A DNA stretch of 64,000 bases, from the NCBI GenBank assembly GCA_963780865.1, contig CAWADT010000013.1, positions 157,189 to 221,188 on the forward strand. The letters are read 5' to 3'. The translations under genes and the position numbers were made by a program. The stretch is from an uncultured Chloroflexia bacterium. Lineage in GTDB: Bacteria > Chloroflexota > Anaerolineae > Anaerolineales > RBG-16-64-43. This document shows positions 58,462 to 64,000 of the stretch, one piece after another (the stretch's first letter is position 1; each line of letters starts with the position of its first letter). The notes below the pieces were generated by a model. That model saw only the letters and a program-made list of their open reading frames with translations. It was not told where the DNA came from and did no database searches.

Positions 58462-59220
58462 TCAGGTTTTTTTAGTCGCCGTTTTGGAATTAATCGGTGT
58501 GAGGCTCGGCGGGGCGGTGAGCGTGATGGTCGGGGTCGAGGTGGGTGTCGGCTTCAGGGTCTCGGTGGGGGTGAGCGTACTTGTCCACGCGGGCGGCAAA
58601 GTGGGCATAACGATAGCCTGCGTAGTGGGTGTAGCGGTTATCGATAAGTGGGAGATTGCGGGTCCGACCAACCCGACATATAGAATGGTGCCAATCACTC
58701 CCAAGATGACGATGATCAAAATAATGGAAACGATCCGAAACCATCGCCCGGATGAGTTGGATTTTCGGCCGGTTTCCGATGGCGGTTCCAGCCCCTCAAC
58801 CGAAGCTTTTTGTTTGCCGGCCGGGCGGGATTTTTCAATTCCGGCATCTGAAGAAGGCAAAACCGATAAAACGGGAGAGACGGATTTTCGATCGGCGGGG
58901 GATTCGGTTTTTGTGGCTTGAGCGGAAGGGGACCGATTTTTTCCCAGAAACAGTTCTTCCGTGCGTTTGCCCAAGAGATGCGCGAGCCGGGATTGCGCCA
59001 CGGTGTTGTTTGGATTGATTCGCAACACGCGTTCCAGGCAGTCTTTCTGCTGGGCGGCATCGGATAGGACAAAACTCATCAGAAGCCAGCCCTGTTCCGA
59101 AGACGGGTTGTTCATCAAGAACTTAGACAGGACTTCCTTCGCCTGCTCCAAACGGCCGGTCTTCACCAGTTGAGTGGCGGTGGTCAGGGGATCGGAAGCG
59201 GATGGGAAGGATTCGGTCAT
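58462..59220 (-). CDS. Single-pass membrane protein with an N-terminal TPR-like domain and a C-terminal Thr/Pro-rich region
   Basis: 252 aa with a TPR-like N-terminus (GRLEQAKEVLSKFLMNNPSSEQGWLLMSFVL...LRINPNN), a TM segment (IVSIILIIVILGVIGTILYVGLV), and then TPTTQAIVMPTLPPAWTSTLTPTETLKPTPTSTPT. Confidence 0.55.
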   Translation of the reverse strand: MTESFPSASDPLTTATQLVKTGRLEQAKEVLSKFLMNNPSSEQGWLLMSFVLSDAAQQKDCLERVLRINPNNTVAQSRLAHLLGKRTEELFLGKNRSPSAQATKTESPADRKSVSPVLSVLPSSDAGIEKSRPAGKQKASVEGLEPPSETGRKSNSSGRWFRIVSIILIIVILGVIGTILYVGLVGPAISHLSITATPTTQAIVMPTLPPAWTSTLTPTETLKPTPTSTPTITLTAPPSLTPINSKTATKKT

Positions 59221-59433
59221 GGTTTTTTCGGTGCTTTATTCCCAGCCTAAGTATGTCATAAGGTGGGCAATATTGTCAAAAGCCTCTCCGGGAAAAGATT
59301 CCTCCATGGTTTACGGTTTTTTCACCAGGGTTTGATATAATCTTCGTTCAAAAACGAGGTTCCAACTTCAGAAGCGCTCCCGGGAAAAGCTGTGGGCAAC
59401 ACGCCGGGAACGCCGGAGTTGGCCGGAGAAAAG

Positions 59434-61482
59434 ATGGCGCTGGAAAAGGGATATCTGTTATACGGACGTTATCGGATTGAATCCGTTTTGGGCCGCGGCG
59501 GGATGGGCTCGGTATATCAGGCGCTGGATGAAAACCTCGGCATCCAGGTCGCGGTCAAAGAGAATTTATTCACCACCGAAGAATACGCGCGGCAATTCCG
59601 GCGCGAAGCTACGATTCTGGCCGGCTTGCGGCACTCCAACCTCCCTCGGGTAACGGACCATTTCGTCATCGCCGGACAAGGCCAGTACCTGGTGATGGAT
59701 TTCATCGACGGCGAAGACCTCCGGTCGAGGATCGATAAAGGCAACCTGCCCAACGAACGCCAGACGATTGACTGGGCGCGCCAAATTTGCGACGCGCTGC
59801 ACTATTTGCACAATCGCCAGCCCCCCGTCGTGCACCGGGATATCAAACCGGGAAACATCCGCATCACGCCAGACGGACGCGCGGTCCTGGTGGATTTCGG
59901 CCTGGCGCGGTTGATGGAGGGCCCGACCACGACCACCGGAGCAAAAGCCATGACTCCGGGCTATTCCCCGCCGGAACAATATGGCGCCAGCCGGACGGAC
60001 GCCCGAACCGACATCTACGCCCTCGCGGCGACGCTCTACACGCTGCTGACCGGAGGGATGCCGGAAGACGGCCTGGAAAGGGCCCTGGGACAAAAATCGC
60101 TGACCCCGATCCGCACCCGCAATCCGAAAGTCTCGGCGGGGGTGGCTGCGGCCATCGAAAAAGCCCTGGAGGTTCTACCGGAGAACCGTTATCAGGTCAT
60201 CGGTGATTTCCAAAAGGCGCTCACCCTCGCGTTGCCGCCGGTTGTACAGACTCCAACCGTTTCTGCGCCGCTCAAGAAATCCGGAACCGCTGCCGCCGCT
60301 CCGAAGAAACCGACCGCTCCGCCGAAAATTCCCGGCAAATCCGCGCCCCGGCGCCGCGGCAGATTTCGTCTGGGCTGCTCTTTGGCGATCGGCTTCCTGG
60401 CGCTGCTCGTGGCCGCGGTAGGATTGATTTTTGCCCTCGTCGGACCGTCCAATGTCGTCGCTTCCCTGCAATCGCTTTATACATCGACCCCGGCCATTGT
60501 GGCAGCCGGGCGGACCGAAACAGCGTTGATTCCCACCGTCTCCGTCACACCGCTCGGGGTTGTCGCCAGCAAGACGATCAGTGGGACGGATACTCCCGTC
60601 CCGACGGTCACGCTGACCGCCGTGGCCACCCCCGTGGGAAAATCCGGGATGATTGCTTTTGTCTCGGATCGGACGGGAATCCCGCAATTATTTTCCATGG
60701 ATTTGGATGGCAAGAACGTCAAGCAGTTGACCAACTTACTGGAAGGAGCATGCCAGCCGGATTGGTCTCCGGATGGGATGCAACTGATTTTTACCTCACC
60801 GTGTAAATCCATTGTCGCGTATCCACGGCAATATACCAAAACCTCCATCTACCGGATGAATGCGGACGGATCCGGCCAGACTTCACTGACCAAGGTTCCC
60901 GGCGGCGATTTCGATCCTGCGTGGTCGCCGGATGGAAAGTCCATCGCCGTGACTTCGATGCAAGACGGACGGCAGCATATTTATATAATGGATGCGAATG
61001 GAGATAACCGCCGCTTGCTCAGCATCGCCGGCGGAGTCGACTATCAACCAAGATGGTCGCCCGATGGACAGCAGATTGTATTTGTCACTTCACCCGGCGA
61101 CCGTTCGATCGTGTTTATCGAAAATGCCGATCCGACGAGTTTTATCTTGAGCCGGCTGGAATTTTCGACGGTGACCTATTCCACGGAAAGCCCCGACTGG
61201 TCGGTTGGCAATTACATCTTATACGTCCTGGCAAACCATGGACAGGTTGTCATCTACAAGGAAGACTCGCGGTTCAATCAAATTCCTCTCAGCCCGGCGT
61301 ATCAAGGCACGACCGTGGCTAGGTTCTCCCCGGATGGGCAATGGGTTCTGTTCGATATGGACGTCAAGCTGAACCGAGATATTTACCTCACCCCCATCGT
61401 CGGAGCGGCAGAACCCCGCCGGATCACGACCGAGCGTTCGATCGAAACCGACCCCGCCTGGCGGCCGATTTCCACCACTTGA
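59434..61482 (+). CDS. Ser/Thr protein kinase with a TM segment and an extracytoplasmic TolB-like (PD40) beta-propeller
   Basis: Kinase motifs GRGGMGSVYQA, VAVKE, HRDIKPGNI, DFGLA and TPGYSPPEQ are present. A TM segment (LAIGFLALLVAAVGLIFALV) follows, then repeats of the type DWSPDG/AWSPDGK/RWSPDGQ/RFSPDGQ. Confidence 0.85.
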   Translation: MALEKGYLLYGRYRIESVLGRGGMGSVYQALDENLGIQVAVKENLFTTEEYARQFRREATILAGLRHSNLPRVTDHFVIAGQGQYLVMDFIDGEDLRSRIDKGNLPNERQTIDWARQICDALHYLHNRQPPVVHRDIKPGNIRITPDGRAVLVDFGLARLMEGPTTTTGAKAMTPGYSPPEQYGASRTDARTDIYALAATLYTLLTGGMPEDGLERALGQKSLTPIRTRNPKVSAGVAAAIEKALEVLPENRYQVIGDFQKALTLALPPVVQTPTVSAPLKKSGTAAAAPKKPTAPPKIPGKSAPRRRGRFRLGCSLAIGFLALLVAAVGLIFALVGPSNVVASLQSLYTSTPAIVAAGRTETALIPTVSVTPLGVVASKTISGTDTPVPTVTLTAVATPVGKSGMIAFVSDRTGIPQLFSMDLDGKNVKQLTNLLEGACQPDWSPDGMQLIFTSPCKSIVAYPRQYTKTSIYRMNADGSGQTSLTKVPGGDFDPAWSPDGKSIAVTSMQDGRQHIYIMDANGDNRRLLSIAGGVDYQPRWSPDGQQIVFVTSPGDRSIVFIENADPTSFILSRLEFSTVTYSTESPDWSVGNYILYVLANHGQVVIYKEDSRFNQIPLSPAYQGTTVARFSPDGQWVLFDMDVKLNRDIYLTPIVGAAEPRRITTERSIETDPAWRPISTT

Positions 61483-61513
61483 TTATCCTCGCCCCGATTT
61501 TTATTAAAGGACC

Positions 61514-62068
61514 ATGCGCGTAATCGGCGGGACCGCCAAGGGAAGACGATTGAAACCGGTGCCGGGGGATGCCACCCGGCCGATCACCGACCGAGTGAAG
61601 GTCGCCTTGTTCGACCTCATCGGGGGCGAGATACCGGGGACCGCATTCCTCGATTTATTTGCCGGAACCGGCGGGGTGGGGATCGAGGCGCTCTCCCGCG
61701 GCGCGCGTCAAGCGGTCTTCGTGGATTCCAACCCCGATGCGATCCGCACCCTCGGCGAAAACCTCTCCGCCACCCGGCTGCAAGAAAAAGCCGTTATCAT
61801 TCGATCGGATTCGTTTTCCTACCTGGAGCGCAGGGAACGGCGCGCGTTCGAGGTGATCTACGTCGCGCCGCCGCAATACCGAAAACTATGGAGCCGGGCG
61901 TTGCAATTGATTGATAACCGCCCGGAATGGCTCGCGCCGGACGGGATGGCCATCGTTCAAATCGATCCGAAAGAATCCGAAACCGTGGAATTCACAAACC
62001 TTGTGGAATTCGACCGCCGAAAGTACGGAAGCACGCTGCTTATATTTTTTGAGAAACCCGGCCAGTAA
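61514..62068 (+). CDS. rsmD: 16S rRNA (guanine966-N2)-methyltransferase RsmD family
   Basis: 184 aa with MRVIGGTAKGRRL, RPITDRVKVALFD, LDLFAGTGGVGIEALSRGA and YVAPPQY. Confidence 0.85.
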   Translation: MRVIGGTAKGRRLKPVPGDATRPITDRVKVALFDLIGGEIPGTAFLDLFAGTGGVGIEALSRGARQAVFVDSNPDAIRTLGENLSATRLQEKAVIIRSDSFSYLERRERRAFEVIYVAPPQYRKLWSRALQLIDNRPEWLAPDGMAIVQIDPKESETVEFTNLVEFDRRKYGSTLLIFFEKPGQ

Positions 62069-62102
62069 AAACAAAACGCCCGGCAGCCGGGCGTTTTGTT
62101 TT
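62068..62102. terminator. Bidirectional hairpin terminator between the convergent rsmD and aldolase genes
   Basis: The arms aaaacaaaacgcccgg and ccgggcgttttgtttt form a 16-bp stem with loop cag. The A/T runs are built into the arms. Confidence 0.75.
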
Positions 62103-62125
62103 AATTCAGACCACCGATTCCGGGA

Positions 62126-63553
62126 TCAGTCCGCTAGGTCTTTGGCCGCATGGGAATCATCCACATCCACGACGCCGAAATTGGCGAGCGTTTTATGGAT
62201 CGGCACGGGCCGTACGAATTTATCCAGAGTATCCTTGGTATCATCCATTTTCAATTGGTCGAACAGAAACCCGAACTGCTTTTCCCAGGCGCCGTCCAGC
62301 GCTTGGCGGTTTTCCTCCGGCATATCCCAGCATTGCTTCTTGAAGGGTCCTACGGCCTTCTTTCTGGCCTTATAGATGAACTGCTCCTCGGTGTCCTTTT
62401 CCTTGCGCTCGTCCGCGCAATTCTTCCGAACCCATTCGTAAATCTCATCGCGCAGGGCGGGGGGCAGATGGTCGAACGCCATGCTCTGGAAATTGGTCGC
62501 TAAGTGAACTTCGCAGGTTTCATATTCCGGAAACTTGCGGAACGCGTCTTCCGGCAGGGTGGACGCCCCGTGCTGCACGGCTCCACCGAGGCTGTACGAG
62601 GCGCGCGCGATGATGGAAAGTTTCTTCAGGGTGTCGAAATCCACCGCCACTTGCGCCATCTTTCCATTAGGCAGCACCACCCCGCCGTGCGAGGTTCCGG
62701 TTTGAATGCTGATTTTGCTGAGGCCGACGGCTTTGGGATCCATCTTTTTAAGTTCGTCGGCATACAGTCCGAGAAAGGCGCGCAATTCCTCCTCGTTGCT
62801 GTTGTGCCCGCCCACTTCGCCAATCTCTCCGCCGACCGAAACCTGAACGCCGGCGGGCTGCTTCTGGCGGATGAACGCCGTGAAATCGGCGCAGAGTTTG
62901 CTATTGACGGCCTGTTGTTCAGGAACCGTTTTCTTGCTGAGGTCTACCATGGTGGACGTATCGATGTCGATGTTGTAGAAACCGGCTTGGATGGCTTCCC
63001 CGATGAGGTCCTGGATAGCCTTGATCTCGGATTCCGGGGAGGCGGCATATTTCTTAGGTGAAACCTGGAAATGATCGCCTTGAACGAACACCGGCCCACT
63101 CCATCCCTCGGCGATCGCCGCCGCCAGGATCGAAGCCGTATATTCCGCCGGCCGCTGGTCGGTATACGTCATTTCTGAACGAGCGATTTCAAAAATCAAC
63201 GGCCCCACCGAGCGTTTCTTGGCCGCGCGGAAAGCCGCCCGGGCGGAATCAAAAGCCATCACGCGTAAATTCATCGCCGGAACGGTGAATGGCTTGGCAA
63301 TGGAACCTTTGCCCCGGGCCAGGTAAAGGTCGTTGATCGAAGCCGGCACGATTCCCAACGCGAGCGCGGTTTCCCAAATCAACCAGCGGGCCTGGCTGCG
63401 TTCACTGGGCGATCCGAATGCGGATGCGCGGGCCAGGGTTTCCGACTGGGCTACTACCTTCGCCGGATCCTGTACCACCAGCGAGCCGTCGTTGCCAATC
63501 CTTGCGGCGCCGCCGTAGTATTTCTGAACGATCTGTTGCGGGGTTACAGACAT
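62126..63553 (-). CDS. Class II (metal-dependent) fructose/ketose-bisphosphate aldolase, long form
   Basis: Internal start MSVTPQQ, with GGAGGAAGCA immediately upstream of the ATG. Motifs VQGDHFQ, NIDIDTST, GGEIGEVGG, QTGTSHGG and AVQHGAST are present. Confidence 0.75.
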   Translation of the reverse strand: MSVTPQQIVQKYYGGAARIGNDGSLVVQDPAKVVAQSETLARASAFGSPSERSQARWLIWETALALGIVPASINDLYLARGKGSIAKPFTVPAMNLRVMAFDSARAAFRAAKKRSVGPLIFEIARSEMTYTDQRPAEYTASILAAAIAEGWSGPVFVQGDHFQVSPKKYAASPESEIKAIQDLIGEAIQAGFYNIDIDTSTMVDLSKKTVPEQQAVNSKLCADFTAFIRQKQPAGVQVSVGGEIGEVGGHNSNEEELRAFLGLYADELKKMDPKAVGLSKISIQTGTSHGGVVLPNGKMAQVAVDFDTLKKLSIIARASYSLGGAVQHGASTLPEDAFRKFPEYETCEVHLATNFQSMAFDHLPPALRDEIYEWVRKNCADERKEKDTEEQFIYKARKKAVGPFKKQCWDMPEENRQALDGAWEKQFGFLFDQLKMDDTKDTLDKFVRPVPIHKTLANFGVVDVDDSHAAKDLAD

Positions 63554-63627
63554 TGCTTCCTCCGAATTTGAGAATGAATGATCGCGCGGCAAGCCGCGGG
63601 GTGTTCCTCATCCCGCACCAGCGGGAT

Positions 63628-63654
63628 AAAAAAAACCTGCGGGGCTTGGCCCGC
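63628..63654 (-). terminator. Probable terminator of the upstream ABC ATPase gene
   Basis: On the minus strand GCGGGCCAAGCCCCGC is followed by AGG and TTTTTTTT (63635-63628). Confidence 0.5.
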
Positions 63655-63757
63655 CGGATTCGAATTATACCGCGTGGCGAGGCCGCCGGGAGGATGGAAT
63701 TTTCGTGGTTTGCATCGGAGGATCGCAAAGCATCGCGGGAAGAGGATGACCGTGCGC

Positions 63758-64000
63758 CTATTGCGCGGGATGAGGATGCTCGTGCTGTGGAAAATGAACG
63801 TGCGGATGGCGATGCTCGCCGCCGGCCCCGGCAAACGGATGCCGGTGCTCGTGGATGAGGTTGCATTCCGACAGCAGATTCTGGTTGGATAGAATTTCCG
63901 CGGGCAATCCGTCGGCGATCAGCTGATGCGTCTCATTGAAAACGCAGATCCGGCCGGCGACGGCCTCCGCCAGCGAAAGATCGTGCGTGGCGGTGACCAT
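63758..64000 (-). CDS. C-terminal part of an ABC transporter ATP-binding protein (CbiO/ECF- or metal-type) with a His-rich tail; 5' end lies outside the window
   Basis: The frame is open to the window end. The sequence reads VTATHDLSLAEAVAGRICVF...ADGLPAEIL and ends in the tail HEHRHPFAGAGGEHRHPHVHFPQHEHPHP. Confidence 0.65.
   Translation of the reverse strand: MVTATHDLSLAEAVAGRICVFNETHQLIADGLPAEILSNQNLLSECNLIHEHRHPFAGAGGEHRHPHVHFPQHEHPHPAQ

Overview
This is a 64-kb, visibly GC-rich bacterial chromosomal segment packed with housekeeping genes on both strands. They include the fabF-fabH pair, folD, a sufR-controlled sufC-B-D-x-S-U operon, ppdK, argS, rpsT, plsY, secDF, clpP-tig, gyrA, tilS, sodA, aspA, murA and gyrB. 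Pro/Thr-rich linkers on exported proteins and Lys-rich tails on several proteins would fit a Chloroflexota/Anaerolineae-like organism, but that is inference only. I call about 55 protein genes, one tRNA-Leu(UAG) and several promoters and terminators. I saw no rRNA, CRISPR array, transposase, integrase or phage genes. I did not find a convincing novel multi-gene system. The points most worth a second look are: (1) Four conserved genes are broken. sufB, an OmpR-type response regulator and a membrane protein each carry exactly one extra base in a short homopolymer, and secF carries an in-frame TAG. Assembly or sequencing error is the most likely cause, but it needs read-level checking. (2) A gene-poor gap of about 1.07 kb follows gyrB. 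It holds a 290-bp GC-rich element bounded by 19-nt imperfect inverted repeats with two internal modules of about 110 nt, which could be MITE-like or a structured RNA. (3) An AT-rich palindrome array overlaps a consensus promoter in front of a Zn-ribbon/HTH regulator and a beta-repeat protein; the two proteins share a C-terminal motif. (4) An uncharacterised 115-aa ORF sits inside the suf operon. (5) One protein combines a Zn-ribbon with a histone-H1-like tail. All family assignments come from motif recognition on the supplied translations. No database search or computation was run.
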